From Candidatus Methylomirabilia bacterium (GTDB taxonomy: Bacteria > Methylomirabilota > Methylomirabilia > Rokubacteriales > CSP1-6), in NCBI GenBank assembly GCA_041496385.1, contig JBGQEL010000012.1, positions 1 to 64,000 of the forward strand: 64,000 nt of DNA, given 5' to 3'. Position 1 is the first letter of the stretch. Every line of letters begins with the position of its first letter. The position numbers were made by a program, and so were the translations under genes. The notes under the pieces are model-generated. The model searched no databases. It worked only from the letters and a program-made list of their open reading frames with translations, and was not told the DNA's origin. Of this stretch, positions 36,436 through 46,772 are shown piece by piece.

Positions 36436-37034
36436 CGAAGCTGATGGTCTCCGCGGTGGCGCTCGTGGCCCTCGCGACGCTGGCCGCGCCGGCGCGGGCC
36501 TTCGACGCCGCGGACACCTTCAGGAAGGGCACGCTCGTCCTCTCCGGCGAGGGCAGCTACGGCGAGCAGTTCAACCTCGAGCGGTTCCGCGTCCAGAGCG
36601 ACATCAAGTTCTTCAACCTGGGGTTCCGATCCTCGCTCCTGCCCTTCGAGCCCTTCGCCGCCGGGAGCGCCGCGCACGGCGCGCTCGAGATCGGGCTCGA
36701 GCCGCTCTACCAGCGCTACACGGAACCCCAGACCGCCTTCTGGGCCGGCGTCGCGGCGGTCTTCCGCTACCACTTCCTGGCGCTCGGCCGCGTCGTCCCG
36801 TACGCGGAGCTCGCCGCGGCCGCGGGCGGCACCGACCTCCACGTGCGGGAGATCGACTCGGACTTCTCGTTCCTCCTGTTCGGCGGCCTCGGCGCGTCGG
36901 TCTTCGTCACCGACTCGACCGCGCTCTACGCCGGCTACCGGTACGAGCACAACTCCAACGGCAACACGGCCACGCCGAACCGGGGCTGGGAGTCGCACGT
37001 GGGCGTGGTCGGCGTGTCGTACTATTTCCGCTGA
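36432..37034 (+). CDS. PagL-like outer-membrane beta-barrel (lipid A deacylase/acyloxyacyl hydrolase family)
   Basis: Signal peptide, amphipathic beta-strands, YRYEHNSNG..PNRG (HxSN motif), aromatic C-terminus. Confidence 0.75.
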   Translation: MTKLMVSAVALVALATLAAPARAFDAADTFRKGTLVLSGEGSYGEQFNLERFRVQSDIKFFNLGFRSSLLPFEPFAAGSAAHGALEIGLEPLYQRYTEPQTAFWAGVAAVFRYHFLALGRVVPYAELAAAAGGTDLHVREIDSDFSFLLFGGLGASVFVTDSTALYAGYRYEHNSNGNTATPNRGWESHVGVVGVSYYFR

Positions 37035-37047
37035 GGCGGGGGGGCCG

Positions 37048-38040
37048 ATGAGATCCGCGATCACCGAGATCCTGCTGGCCGGGCCGCGCGGCTTCTGCGC
37101 CGGCGTGGAGCGCGCCATCGACATCGTCGAGCTGGCGCTGTCCCTCTGCCCGCCGCCCGTCTACGTGCGCAAGGAGATCGTCCACAACCGGCTCGTCGTC
37201 GACACGCTGCGCGAGCAGGGGGCGATCTTTGTCGACGAGCTCGACGAGGTTCCGGACGGGGCGACGGTCGTCTTCAGCGCCCACGGCATCTCCCCCGCGG
37301 TCCGCGAGGACGCCCGGCGGCGCGGCCTCCGTGCGATCGACGCCACGTGCCCGCTCGTCACCAAGGTGCACCTCGAGGCGATCCGCTACGCGCGCGAGAA
37401 CTACTCGATCGTCCTCATCGGCCACCAGGACCACGACGAGGTCATCGGCACGCTCGGCGAGGCGCCCGAGCGCATCTTCGTCGTCGCCAGCGCCGCCGAG
37501 GCCCAGAAGCTCGAGGTGCCGGACCCGGACAAGATCGCCTACCTCACCCAGACCACGCTCTCCATCGACGACACGCGCGAGGTCATCGAAGCGCTCCGGC
37601 ACCGGTTCCCGAGGATCGTCGGCCCGTCGCGCGACGACATCTGCTACGCGACGCAGAACCGGCAGGCCGCGGTCAAGCGGCTCGCGAACGACGTCGACCT
37701 GCTGCTCGTGATCGGGTCGGCCAACAGCTCGAACGCCATCCGGCTGGTGGAGGTGGCCCGGACCGCGGGCACGCGCGCCTACCTCATCAACGACGTGCGC
37801 GACATCCGGCCGGACTGGCTGGCGGGCGTGGGGCGGGTCGGCGTCACGGCCGGCGCCTCGACGCCCGAGGTCCTCGTGAGCGAGACCGTCGCGGCGCTCC
37901 GCGGGAGCGACGTGTCCGTGCGCGAGGTCCACGTGGTCGAGGAAGACGTGCGCTTCGCGCTGCCCCAGGAACTCGACAAGATCGCGCGCGAGCGCGGTGT
38001 GCCCCTGCCGTCCCGGGACGCGATGCGCCGCTCGCTCTAG
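37048..38040 (+). CDS. ispH: 4-hydroxy-3-methylbut-2-enyl diphosphate reductase
   Basis: PRGFCAGV, IVHN, SAHG, DATCPLV, QTTL, ICYATQNRQ, SSN, AGASTP. Confidence 0.97.
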   Translation: MRSAITEILLAGPRGFCAGVERAIDIVELALSLCPPPVYVRKEIVHNRLVVDTLREQGAIFVDELDEVPDGATVVFSAHGISPAVREDARRRGLRAIDATCPLVTKVHLEAIRYARENYSIVLIGHQDHDEVIGTLGEAPERIFVVASAAEAQKLEVPDPDKIAYLTQTTLSIDDTREVIEALRHRFPRIVGPSRDDICYATQNRQAAVKRLANDVDLLLVIGSANSSNAIRLVEVARTAGTRAYLINDVRDIRPDWLAGVGRVGVTAGASTPEVLVSETVAALRGSDVSVREVHVVEEDVRFALPQELDKIARERGVPLPSRDAMRRSL

Positions 38041-38144
38041 CGCAGTGCGAGGTGAGGCCGGTCGTCGGCCGAGCCGAGCGGTGAAATGGTTCTGAGATCG
38101 GCGGTGCGGACGGCGCGGGCGCCGCTGCCGTGCTGGAGGAACCC

Positions 38145-38507
38145 ATGACCTCGAAATGCAACCTGACGGCGTGCGCGCTCGCGGCGGTCGTCGTCGCGGC
38201 CGTCCTGCTCGCCGGCGCCGACGGCGGGGCGCAGAACGTCGCCGAGAAGCTCCTGCTCGACAACGAGCAGGTCATGGTGCTCGAGTTCGTCTTCCCGCCC
38301 GGGTTCCGCGGCGACGAGCACGCGGCCGTCGCCAACGAGTTCGCCTACGTCCTCGAGGGCGAGTTCGCGGTCGTCACGCGCGGGCGGGGCAAGCGGGTGG
38401 TCAGGCCGGGCGAGATCGAGTACGCCGCCAAGGGCACGATCCACCAGTCGCTGAACGAGACGAAGAAGCCCGCGCGGGTCCTCGTCGTGCTCGTCAAGGA
38501 CCGCTGA
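38145..38507 (+). CDS. Secreted cupin-domain protein
   Basis: Signal peptide, YVLEGEF, GTIHQSLN; GGAGG RBS. Confidence 0.75.
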   Translation: MTSKCNLTACALAAVVVAAVLLAGADGGAQNVAEKLLLDNEQVMVLEFVFPPGFRGDEHAAVANEFAYVLEGEFAVVTRGRGKRVVRPGEIEYAAKGTIHQSLNETKKPARVLVVLVKDR

Positions 38508-38510
38508 GCC

Positions 38511-39452
38511 ATGCGGCTCGTGACCTATCGCAAGGGCTCCTCGAACCCCCGGGTCGGCGCCGTGGTCGGGGACGCCGTGTTCGATCTCGCCGCCCTCGCC
38601 GCCGACCTCGCGCGGGAGCGCGGGAGCGTGCGCCACGGCCGCGGCGGGTTTCCCCGGAGCATGCACGAGCTGATCGCGGGCGGCGCCCAGACGCTGGCCG
38701 CGGCCCGCGAGGCGGCCGCCCACGGCGAGGCGGTGCAGAAGCGCCAGGGCCTCGACGCGCTCGCCGCGCAGAAGCTCGGGCAGGCACTCGCCCGGGCGCG
38801 GCTCGAGGCGCCGATCCCGCGGCCCCACCGCAACGTCTTCTGCCTCGGCCGCAACTACAAGGAGCACGCCGCCGAGCGGGGCGCCGAGGCGCCGCCGCAT
38901 CCCGTCTACTTCACCAAGGCGCCCGAGTGCGTGCTGGCGCCCGGCGGCCCCATCGTCCACCACGCGGTCACGAAGGAGCTCGACTACGAGGTCGAGCTGG
39001 CGGTGATCATCGGGTCGGCCGGACGCGACATCGCGCGGGCGGACGCGCTCGCGCACGTCTTCGGCTACACGGTCGTCAACGACGTGACCGCGCGGGACTT
39101 ACAGAAGCGCCACGGGCAGTGGTTCAAGGGCAAGTCGCTCGACACCTTCTGCCCGATGGGCCCGGCGCTCGTCACCGCCGACGAGATCCCCGATCCGCAG
39201 GCGCTGGCGATCGCGCTCCGCGTGAACGGCGAGACGCGGCAATCGAGCCACACCTCGAAGATGATCTTCCCGGTGGACGAGTGCATCGCGGTGCTCTCGC
39301 AGGGGTTCACGCTCCTGCCCGGCGACGTCATCGCCACCGGCACGCCCGAGGGCGTGGGCGCCGCGCTCGGCAAGTTCCTCAAGGCCGGGGACCGGCTCGA
39401 GGCCGAGGTCGAGAAGATCGGCGTGCTCGCGAACCGCGTCGTCGCGCCCTGA
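38511..39452 (+). CDS. Fumarylacetoacetate hydrolase family protein
   Basis: GRNYKEH, FTK, DYEVEL, NDVTARD, GKSLDTF, TGTPEGV. Confidence 0.92.
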   Translation: MRLVTYRKGSSNPRVGAVVGDAVFDLAALAADLARERGSVRHGRGGFPRSMHELIAGGAQTLAAAREAAAHGEAVQKRQGLDALAAQKLGQALARARLEAPIPRPHRNVFCLGRNYKEHAAERGAEAPPHPVYFTKAPECVLAPGGPIVHHAVTKELDYEVELAVIIGSAGRDIARADALAHVFGYTVVNDVTARDLQKRHGQWFKGKSLDTFCPMGPALVTADEIPDPQALAIALRVNGETRQSSHTSKMIFPVDECIAVLSQGFTLLPGDVIATGTPEGVGAALGKFLKAGDRLEAEVEKIGVLANRVVAP

Positions 39453-39471
39453 GGCCCGGCGGGGGAGCCCG

Positions 39472-40707
39472 ATGAGCTTCGTCAGCCACGTCGAGTGCAC
39501 CGTCTGCGGCCACCGTCACGAGCCCAAGCGCCTGCTGACGACCTGCGAGACGTGCGGCCAGATGCTGGCCGTACGCTACGACCTCGAGCGCCTGCGCGCG
39601 CGCGTCACCCGGGACACGCTGGCGTCGCGGCCGCCCGGCATGTACCGCTTCCGCGAATTGACCCCGCTCGACGACCGCGAGGAACCCGTCACGCTCGGCG
39701 AGGGCGGCACGCCGCTCCTGCTACTGCCCCGGCTCGCCGGCCACCTCGGCATGCGGCGGCTCTGGGCGAAGGACGAGGGCCAGAACCCGACCGGCTCGTT
39801 CAAGGCGCGCGGCCTGGGCATGGCCATCACACGGTCGAAGACGCTCGGCGCGACGGGCTTCGTGATCCCGTCGGCCGGCAACGCGGGCGGCGCCGCCGCC
39901 GCGTACGCGGCGCGCTGCGGCCTGCCGTGCGTGGTCATCGTGCCCCGCTCGACGCCGCCGGCGGCGATCGCCGAGGCGCTCGTCGCGGGCGCGCACGTGT
40001 TCACGATCGAGGGCTCGATCGCGACGGCGGGGCGCGTCGCGGCGAAGGCGGCGCCGGCGCTCGGCTGGTTCGACCTCTCGACGCTGAAGGAGCCGTACCG
40101 GCTCGAGGGCAAGAAGACGATCGGCCTCGAGCTCGCCGAGCAGCTCGGCTGGCGGATGCCCGACGTGCTGCTCTATCCGACCGGCGGCGGCACCGGGCTC
40201 GTCGGCATTCCCAAGGGGTACGAGGAGCTCCGCGCGCTGGGCTGGCTCGCGGGTTCGCTCCCGCGCGTGTACGCCGTGCAGGCCGACGGCTGCGCGCCCG
40301 TGGTGAAGGCGTTCCGCGAGGGCGCCGAGACGACCGCGGCGTTGGAGAACCCGACGACGCACGCCGCCGGCCTGCGCGTGCCGTCGCCGTTCGCCGGCCG
40401 CCAGATGCTGCGCGTGCTCCGCGAGACGCGCGGCGGCGCCGTCGCGGTGAGCGAGGGCGAGATCGCGCAGGCCCACGGCCTCGTCGGGCGCGTCGAGGGG
40501 ATCTGGACCTCGCCGGAGTCGGCGGCACTCGTGGCCGCCCTCCTGCGGCTCCGCGACGCGGGAGAGGTCGCGCGCGACGCCGAGGTGATGCTCGTCTTCA
40601 CCGGGACGGGGTTCAAGTACGCGCCGCCGCCGCTCCCGGCGCCGACCCACCTCGAGGGCACGGACGAGGAGGTCCTCGCACGGGTGCGGCGCGTCGTCCG
40701 CCCCTAG
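39472..40707 (+). CDS. thrC: Threonine synthase-like PLP enzyme
   Basis: TLGEGGTP, NPTGSFKARG, SAGNAG, EGKKT, PTGGGTG. Confidence 0.8.
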   Translation: MSFVSHVECTVCGHRHEPKRLLTTCETCGQMLAVRYDLERLRARVTRDTLASRPPGMYRFRELTPLDDREEPVTLGEGGTPLLLLPRLAGHLGMRRLWAKDEGQNPTGSFKARGLGMAITRSKTLGATGFVIPSAGNAGGAAAAYAARCGLPCVVIVPRSTPPAAIAEALVAGAHVFTIEGSIATAGRVAAKAAPALGWFDLSTLKEPYRLEGKKTIGLELAEQLGWRMPDVLLYPTGGGTGLVGIPKGYEELRALGWLAGSLPRVYAVQADGCAPVVKAFREGAETTAALENPTTHAAGLRVPSPFAGRQMLRVLRETRGGAVAVSEGEIAQAHGLVGRVEGIWTSPESAALVAALLRLRDAGEVARDAEVMLVFTGTGFKYAPPPLPAPTHLEGTDEEVLARVRRVVRP

Positions 40708-40714
40708 GCTCCTG

Positions 40715-40723
40715 TGGTAGGAT
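40715..40723 (+). promoter_or_regulatory. Extended -10 element upstream of the EF-G paralog
   Basis: TG-G-TAGGAT, followed by an AGGAGG RBS. Confidence 0.5.
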
Positions 40724-40762
40724 GACCGGCACCGCGAGAGGCCGTTCTCAGGAGGCCGGTCA

Positions 40763-42847
40763 ATGACGATCGAAGTCGGCAAGATCCGAAACGTCGGCGT
40801 CGTCGGGCACGGCGGTGTCGGCAAGACATCCCTCGTCGAAGCGCTCCTCTTCTCCGCCGGTGCCGTGACGCGTCTCGGGAAGGTGGACGACGGCTCGACG
40901 ACGACGGACTTCGACCCCGACGAGATCAAGCGGAAGATCTCGATCAACACCTCGATCGCCTACCTCGACTGGAAGGGCCACCGCGTCAATCTCGTGGACA
41001 CGCCGGGGTACGGCGATTTCATCGCCGACGCCCGGGCGGGCCTGCGCGTCGTCGAGGCGGCCGTCGTCGTCGTGGACGCCGTCGCGGGGGTCCAGGTGCA
41101 GACCGAGAAGGTCTGGAAGTTCGCGAACGAGTACAACCTGCCGCGCGTGGTCGTCGTGAACCGGCTCGACCGCGAGCGCGCCGACTTCTACCGGACCTTC
41201 GAATCGATCGCCCGGCGTCTCAAGGGACGCCTGGTCGCGCTCCAGATCCCCCTCGGCGAGGAGGCCGGCTTCAAGGGCGCGGTGGATCTCGTGAGGATGA
41301 AGGCGGTCACCTACGCGGGCGGCAAGCCCACCGAGGGCGAGATCCCCGGCGACGTCTCCGACCGGGTGAAGGAGTACCGGGAGAAGCTCGTCGAGGCCGT
41401 GGCGGAGACCGACGACGACCTCCTGAGCAAGTACCTCGAGGAGGGCTCGCTCGGCGAGCCCGAGATGCTGAAGGCGCTCCGGGCGGGCATCGCGCAGGGC
41501 AAGCTCGTGCCGGCCCTCTGCACGGCGGCCGCGAAGAACATGGGGAGCACCGCGCTGCTCGACCTCATCGTCGACGCGCTCCCGTCGCCGGCCGACCGGG
41601 GCGAGGTGGCGGGGACGGACCTCAAGACCAAGCAGGCGGGCACGCGCGGGCCCGATCCCAAGGCGCCCGTAACGGCGCTCGTCTTCAAGACGCTCGCCGA
41701 TCCGCACATCGGCAAGCTCTCGCTCTTCCGCGTCATGAGCGGCACGCTCCGCGCCGACTCGACGCTGCTCAACCCCCTTCGCGGCGCGAAGGAGCGCATG
41801 GGGCACGTCTCCTGGCTCCAGGGCAAGACCCAGAAGAACGTCGAGGCGCTCGGCCCCGGCGAGATCGGCGTCGCGCAGAAGCTGAAGGAGACGCAGACGG
41901 GGGACACGCTCGGCGACGAGGCGCACCCCTTCGAGCTGCCGCGGATCACGTTTCCCGAGGCGGCGATCTCGTTCGCGATCCAGCCGAAGACGCGCGGCGA
42001 CGAGGACAAGATCTCGACCGCGCTGGCGCGCATCGCCGAGGAGGATCCGACCGTCCACTACCACTTCGACCCCGAGACGAAGCAGCTCCTCGTCTCGGGC
42101 GTCGGGAGCCTCCACGTCGAGATGGTCGTGGAGCGCATGAAGCGGAAGTACAACGTGGACGTCAACCTCCTGCCGCCGCGCATCCCCTACAAGGAGACGG
42201 TGAAGGGGCGTGCCGAGGGGCAGGGGAAGTACAAGAAGCAGACGGGCGGCCGTGGCCAGTACGGCGACACCTGGCTGCGCGTCGAGCCCCTCCCGCGGAG
42301 CGGCGGCTTCGAGTTCGTGGACGACATCTTCGGCGGCTCCATCCCGCGCAACTTCATCCCCTCGGTCGAGAAGGGCGTCCGCGACTGCATGAAGCGCGGC
42401 ATCCTCGCCGGCTACCCGATCGTGGACTTGAAGGTGACGCTCTACGACGGCTCGTACCACGACGTCGACTCCTCGGACATGGCGTTCCAGATCGCGGCCT
42501 CGATGGGGCTCCAGAAGGTGTTCGTGGAGGCCCACCCGATCCTGCTCGAGCCCATCATGAACGTCGAAGTGACGACGCCCGCCGACCACGCGGGCGACGT
42601 GATCGGCGACCTGAACTCCCGGCGCGGGCGCATCGTGGGGATGGAGCCGGCGGGCGAGACCGCGCTCGTGCGGGCCGTGGTCCCGATGGCCGAGATGCTG
42701 ACCTACGAGTCCTCCCTGCGCTCGATGACGGGCGGCCGCGGCGGCTACGCGATGGAGTTCTCGCACTACGAGGAGGTGCCCGCCTTCATCGCCGACAAGG
42801 TGATCAAGGAGGCGAAGGCCGAGAAGGAGCGGGCGGAGAAGCACTAG
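40763..42847 (+). CDS. fusA: Elongation factor G paralog (EF-G2 type)
   Basis: GHGGVGKT, RKISI, DTPG, NRLD, KQTGGRGQYG, YHDVDSSDMAF; not in an rpsL-rpsG operon. Confidence 0.88.
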   Translation: MTIEVGKIRNVGVVGHGGVGKTSLVEALLFSAGAVTRLGKVDDGSTTTDFDPDEIKRKISINTSIAYLDWKGHRVNLVDTPGYGDFIADARAGLRVVEAAVVVVDAVAGVQVQTEKVWKFANEYNLPRVVVVNRLDRERADFYRTFESIARRLKGRLVALQIPLGEEAGFKGAVDLVRMKAVTYAGGKPTEGEIPGDVSDRVKEYREKLVEAVAETDDDLLSKYLEEGSLGEPEMLKALRAGIAQGKLVPALCTAAAKNMGSTALLDLIVDALPSPADRGEVAGTDLKTKQAGTRGPDPKAPVTALVFKTLADPHIGKLSLFRVMSGTLRADSTLLNPLRGAKERMGHVSWLQGKTQKNVEALGPGEIGVAQKLKETQTGDTLGDEAHPFELPRITFPEAAISFAIQPKTRGDEDKISTALARIAEEDPTVHYHFDPETKQLLVSGVGSLHVEMVVERMKRKYNVDVNLLPPRIPYKETVKGRAEGQGKYKKQTGGRGQYGDTWLRVEPLPRSGGFEFVDDIFGGSIPRNFIPSVEKGVRDCMKRGILAGYPIVDLKVTLYDGSYHDVDSSDMAFQIAASMGLQKVFVEAHPILLEPIMNVEVTTPADHAGDVIGDLNSRRGRIVGMEPAGETALVRAVVPMAEMLTYESSLRSMTGGRGGYAMEFSHYEEVPAFIADKVIKEAKAEKERAEKH

Positions 42848-42885
42848 GGGCGGCGGCGCCTCCGCCGTAGAATAGGAGCGCCGGG

Positions 42886-44286
42886 ATGATCTTCCAGCAG
42901 ATCGTGAACGAAGAGTCCGGGTGCCTCTCCTACCTGATCGGCTGCGCCGAGGCCGGCCGGGCCGTCGTCATCGATCCGGGCCGCGACCGGGTCCACGAGT
43001 ACCTGCGCCTCGCCGGGAAGAAGGGCCTCGCGATCAGCCACATCCTCGAGACCCACACGCACGCCGACCACATCTCCGGGAATCGCGACCTCGCGCAGGC
43101 CGCGCGCGCGTCCATCCTGGTCCACCGCGCCGCGGGGGTCACGTTCGAGCACGAGGACGTGAGCGACGGCGACGAGATCAGGATCGGCAACGTGCGCCTC
43201 ACCGTCGCCCACACGCCGGGCCACACGCCCGACTCGATCTGTCTCCTGGTCACCGACCTCTCGCGCGGTGAGGCGCCGTGGTTCGTCCTGACGGGCGACA
43301 CGCTGTTCGTCGGCTCGGTCGGCCGCCCGGACCTCGGCGGCGCGGGCGCGGCCGAGGACACGTGGGAGAGCCTCCGGCGGGTGCTCCTGCCGCTCGGCGA
43401 CAGCGTCGAGGTCTATCCGGCGCACGGCGCGGGCTCGGCGTGCGGGCGGGCGATGTCGGCGAAGTCGGGGTCGACGATCGGCTTCGAGCGCCGCTTCAAC
43501 CCGGCGCTCCAGCTCCGCGACAAGGCGGCGTTCGTGGACTGGGTCATGCGCGACCTGCCGCCCAAGCCGGCCTCGTTCGACAAGATCGTCGGCAAGAACA
43601 AGGGCGTGATCCCGCTGCAGTCCGCGAAGCCCCGCCCCTACACGGCGCGCGAGGCGTGGGAGGCCGTGCGGCGAGGCGAGATCGTGCTGGACCTGCGCGA
43701 CCCCGGCGCCTACGGCGACATGCACATTCCCGGCGCGATCAACGTCTGGGTCGAGAGCCCGCAGTTCGCCGAGCGCGTGGCGGGGATGGTCCCGGCGGGC
43801 GTGCCCCTGCTGCTGCTCGTCGCCGGGCCCTCGGATCTCGAGCGCGCCGTCCAGGCGCTCTCGCGCGTCGGTATCGACGAGATCGCCGGCTTCCTCCAGT
43901 GGGGGATGATCGACTGGAAGAGCGACGGGCTCCCCGTCGAGTCGGTCCCGCAGATCACGGTGCACGAGCTCCTCGAGTGGCTCGAGCAGGGCCGCGACGT
44001 CGCCGTCATCGACGTGCGCGAGCCGGCCGAGTGGCTCGACGGCCACATCGAGGGCGCCCTGCACCTGCCGATGCTCGAGGCGGCGGCGCGGCGCGGCGAG
44101 GTGCCGGCCGAGCGGCCGAAGGCGGTCCTCTGCGCCGGCGGCCTCCGCTCGAGCACGACGATCAGCGCGCTCAAGCGCCACGGCATCGGCAACTGGTTCA
44201 ACGTCACGGGGGGGATGGCGGCGTGGCTGAAGTCCAGCTATCCCGTCGTGCGCCCCGCCGCGGCCTCGCCGTCCACCCCGAAGTGA
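42886..44286 (+). CDS. Persulfide dioxygenase-rhodanese fusion (CstB-like)
   Basis: ETHTHADH, TPGHT, GDTLF..GRPDL, PAHGAGSACG, a Cys-less rhodanese domain plus a catalytic one (LCAGGLRS). Confidence 0.85.
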   Translation: MIFQQIVNEESGCLSYLIGCAEAGRAVVIDPGRDRVHEYLRLAGKKGLAISHILETHTHADHISGNRDLAQAARASILVHRAAGVTFEHEDVSDGDEIRIGNVRLTVAHTPGHTPDSICLLVTDLSRGEAPWFVLTGDTLFVGSVGRPDLGGAGAAEDTWESLRRVLLPLGDSVEVYPAHGAGSACGRAMSAKSGSTIGFERRFNPALQLRDKAAFVDWVMRDLPPKPASFDKIVGKNKGVIPLQSAKPRPYTAREAWEAVRRGEIVLDLRDPGAYGDMHIPGAINVWVESPQFAERVAGMVPAGVPLLLLVAGPSDLERAVQALSRVGIDEIAGFLQWGMIDWKSDGLPVESVPQITVHELLEWLEQGRDVAVIDVREPAEWLDGHIEGALHLPMLEAAARRGEVPAERPKAVLCAGGLRSSTTISALKRHGIGNWFNVTGGMAAWLKSSYPVVRPAAASPSTPK

Positions 44287-44293
44287 TCGGCTG

Positions 44294-45460
44294 ATGGGGC
44301 GGTCGCTCGCGGCGCAGTACGCGGCGCTGTTCGGCCGTCCGTGGGTGGTCTGGGGCTCGGCGGTGCTCGTCGCGACGGTGAACGTCTTCCTCTTCGCCTT
44401 CGACCGGCCGTGGACCGCGTCGGACGGCCTGCGCAACTGGGGCGACTGGATGCTGACCGCGGTCGGCGTCGGGCGGCGCCCCGACCTTCTACCGCCGTGG
44501 CTCTACTCGGGCTCGCTCCTCAACGGAGGCGTGCTCCTGGGCGGCGCGATCGCCGCGCTCCTCGCGCGCGAGTTCGCCATCCGCGTGCCGGCGCGCGGCG
44601 AGCTCGCCAAGGGCGCGGCCGGGGGGCTCCTGATGGGCGTCGGCGCCGTGCTCGCTTTCGGCTGCAACATCGGCGGGTTCTTCTCGGCGACGAGCGCGCT
44701 CTCGCTCTCGGGGCTGGGGATGATGCTGGGCCTCGGCGCCGGCGCCTTTCTCGGCCTGCGCTACCTCCTGTGGGAGATGGAGCACCGGCCCGACTGGTCG
44801 CGGGGCGGCGGGCGCGCCTGGCTCCGGTCCGCGGATGCCGCGGCGAGCCGCCAGCCCTGGGCGGGGACGCTGCTCCTCGTGCTGGTCCTCGCGGCGCCCT
44901 TCCTCTACGCGCGGGCGGGCTACGCGGCGCAGGGCGTGTTCCTGCTCTTCGGCGCGGCGTTCGGCGTCATCTTCCAGCGCTCGCGATTCTGCCTGGTGCG
45001 CGCGTTCCGCGAGCCCTTCATGACGGGCGACGCCGAGCACACGCGCGCCGCGGCGCTGGCGCTGGTGGTGTCGACGCTCGGCTTCGCGATCCTGAAATTC
45101 GCCGACCTCAAGGACAAGAACGAGTGGGTGTTCCCCGCCGCCGGCGCGGGCGCGCTCGCGGGCGGGCTCGCGTTCGGCGCCGGCATGACGCTCGCGGGCG
45201 GCTGCGGCGCCGGCTCGATCTGGCGCGCCGGCGAGGGCCAGGTGAAGCTCTGGGCCGCCGTGCTGTGCTTCGCGCTCGGCGCGTCGGCGACGCGGCTGGC
45301 CGCCGCCCAGACGGGGCTGCTGCAGAAGCTCGGCCTGGCGGTGTTCCTGCCGTCCGTCCTCGGCTGGGGCGCCGCGATCGGATTGATCGTCGCGGTCGCG
45401 CTCGCCTGGGCTATGCTGGCGACCTGGAACGAGGAGACGCGCCGGTTCAGCGCGATCTGA
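44294..45460 (+). CDS. YeeE/YedE sulfur-compound (thiosulfate) transporter
   Basis: Multi-TM with Cys motifs GCNIG, RFCLV and GGCGAG. Confidence 0.85.
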   Translation: MGRSLAAQYAALFGRPWVVWGSAVLVATVNVFLFAFDRPWTASDGLRNWGDWMLTAVGVGRRPDLLPPWLYSGSLLNGGVLLGGAIAALLAREFAIRVPARGELAKGAAGGLLMGVGAVLAFGCNIGGFFSATSALSLSGLGMMLGLGAGAFLGLRYLLWEMEHRPDWSRGGGRAWLRSADAAASRQPWAGTLLLVLVLAAPFLYARAGYAAQGVFLLFGAAFGVIFQRSRFCLVRAFREPFMTGDAEHTRAAALALVVSTLGFAILKFADLKDKNEWVFPAAGAGALAGGLAFGAGMTLAGGCGAGSIWRAGEGQVKLWAAVLCFALGASATRLAAAQTGLLQKLGLAVFLPSVLGWGAAIGLIVAVALAWAMLATWNEETRRFSAI

Positions 45461-45494
45461 GCGCGCGCGCCGCGCGCATTCAGCGGAGGCCGCG

Positions 45495-46751
45495 ATGACG
45501 GAGTTCACGCGCAGAGGGTTCCTCAGGGCGTCGGGGACCGGGCTCGGGCTGCTCGCCGCGGGCTGTGCCCGCGCGATGACGGGCGACTTCGCGCCGAAGA
45601 GCGGCCGGCGGGTCGTCGTGATCGGCGGCGGCTGGGGCGGCGCGACCGCGGCCAAGTACGTCCGGCTCGCGGATCCCACGATCGACGTCGTCCTGCTCGA
45701 GCCGAACCGCCAGTTCGTCTCCTGCCCGTTCAGCAACCTGGTCCTCTCCGGCGTTCGGACCATGGACAGCATCACCTTCGGCTACGGCGGGCTCAGGCGG
45801 CGCGGCGTCCGCGTCATCCACGAAATGGCGACGGCGATCGAGCCGGACGCCCGGCGGGTCCGCGTGGGCGAGGGCTACCTCCAGTACGACCGCCTGATCG
45901 TCTCGCCCGGCGTCGAGTTCCAGACCGAGCAGGTCGAGGGCCTCGCCCAGGCGGGCAACCAGGTCCTGCACGCGTGGAAGGCGGGGCCGCAGACGGCGGA
46001 GCTCGCGCGGCGGCTCCAGGCGATGCCCGACGGCGGCGTCTTCGTCCTCACCGTGCCGCCGGTCGCCTACCGCTGCCCGCCCGGTCCGTACGAGCGCGCC
46101 TGCCAGGTCGCCTGGTACCTCAAGAACGCCAAGCCCCGCGCGAAGCTGATCGTCCTCGACGCCAACCAGAACATCGTCTCGAAGACGGCGCTGTTCCGGG
46201 CGGCCTGGCAGGCGTACCCGAACCTCGAGTACCGCGCCTCCAGCAAGGTCTCTAAGGTGGACCCGGGCGCGCGCGAGGTGACGACCGAGTTCGGCGACAA
46301 GGTCAAGTACGACGTCGTCAACCTCATCCCGCCCCAGCGCGCGGGGACGATCGCGGTCCAGGCCGATCTCGTCGGCGCCGACAAGCGCTGGTGCGAGGTC
46401 AACCACGTCACCTACGAGTCGGCGAAGCAGAAGGGCGTGCACGTGATCGGCGACGCGACGATCGGGCTGCCGGTGCCGAAGTCGGGGAACGTCGCGAACG
46501 CCATGGGCAAGATCTCGGCGCTCGCCGTGGTCCAGCTCCTGAACGGCCGGGAGCCGCAGCAGCTCGCGCCCGGCAACACCTGCTACAGCTGGGTGAACGA
46601 CAAGGAAGCGATCGCGGTCGTCAATGCGTACAAGATCGAGGGCGGCAAGGTCGTGCAGATCGAGCAGAAGCTCACCCCGGGCCAGTCCGAGCAGTGGGGG
46701 CAGAACGCGATCGGGTGGGCGACCAGCATCTGGAACGACGTGCTCGGTTAG
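45495..46751 (+). CDS. fccB: Flavocytochrome c sulfide dehydrogenase, flavoprotein subunit
   Basis: Tat signal TRRGFL, GGGWGG, SCPFSN, YRCPPGPYER, PKSG, NTCYS. Confidence 0.9.
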   Translation: MTEFTRRGFLRASGTGLGLLAAGCARAMTGDFAPKSGRRVVVIGGGWGGATAAKYVRLADPTIDVVLLEPNRQFVSCPFSNLVLSGVRTMDSITFGYGGLRRRGVRVIHEMATAIEPDARRVRVGEGYLQYDRLIVSPGVEFQTEQVEGLAQAGNQVLHAWKAGPQTAELARRLQAMPDGGVFVLTVPPVAYRCPPGPYERACQVAWYLKNAKPRAKLIVLDANQNIVSKTALFRAAWQAYPNLEYRASSKVSKVDPGAREVTTEFGDKVKYDVVNLIPPQRAGTIAVQADLVGADKRWCEVNHVTYESAKQKGVHVIGDATIGLPVPKSGNVANAMGKISALAVVQLLNGREPQQLAPGNTCYSWVNDKEAIAVVNAYKIEGGKVVQIEQKLTPGQSEQWGQNAIGWATSIWNDVLG

Positions 46752-46772
46752 GCCGGCGGAAAGGGAAGCGCG

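Noticed and set aside
40763..42847. EF-G with non-canonical GTPase motifs as a novelty or resistance factor
   Set aside because: It fits the well-known EF-G2 paralog pattern and is not TetM-like.
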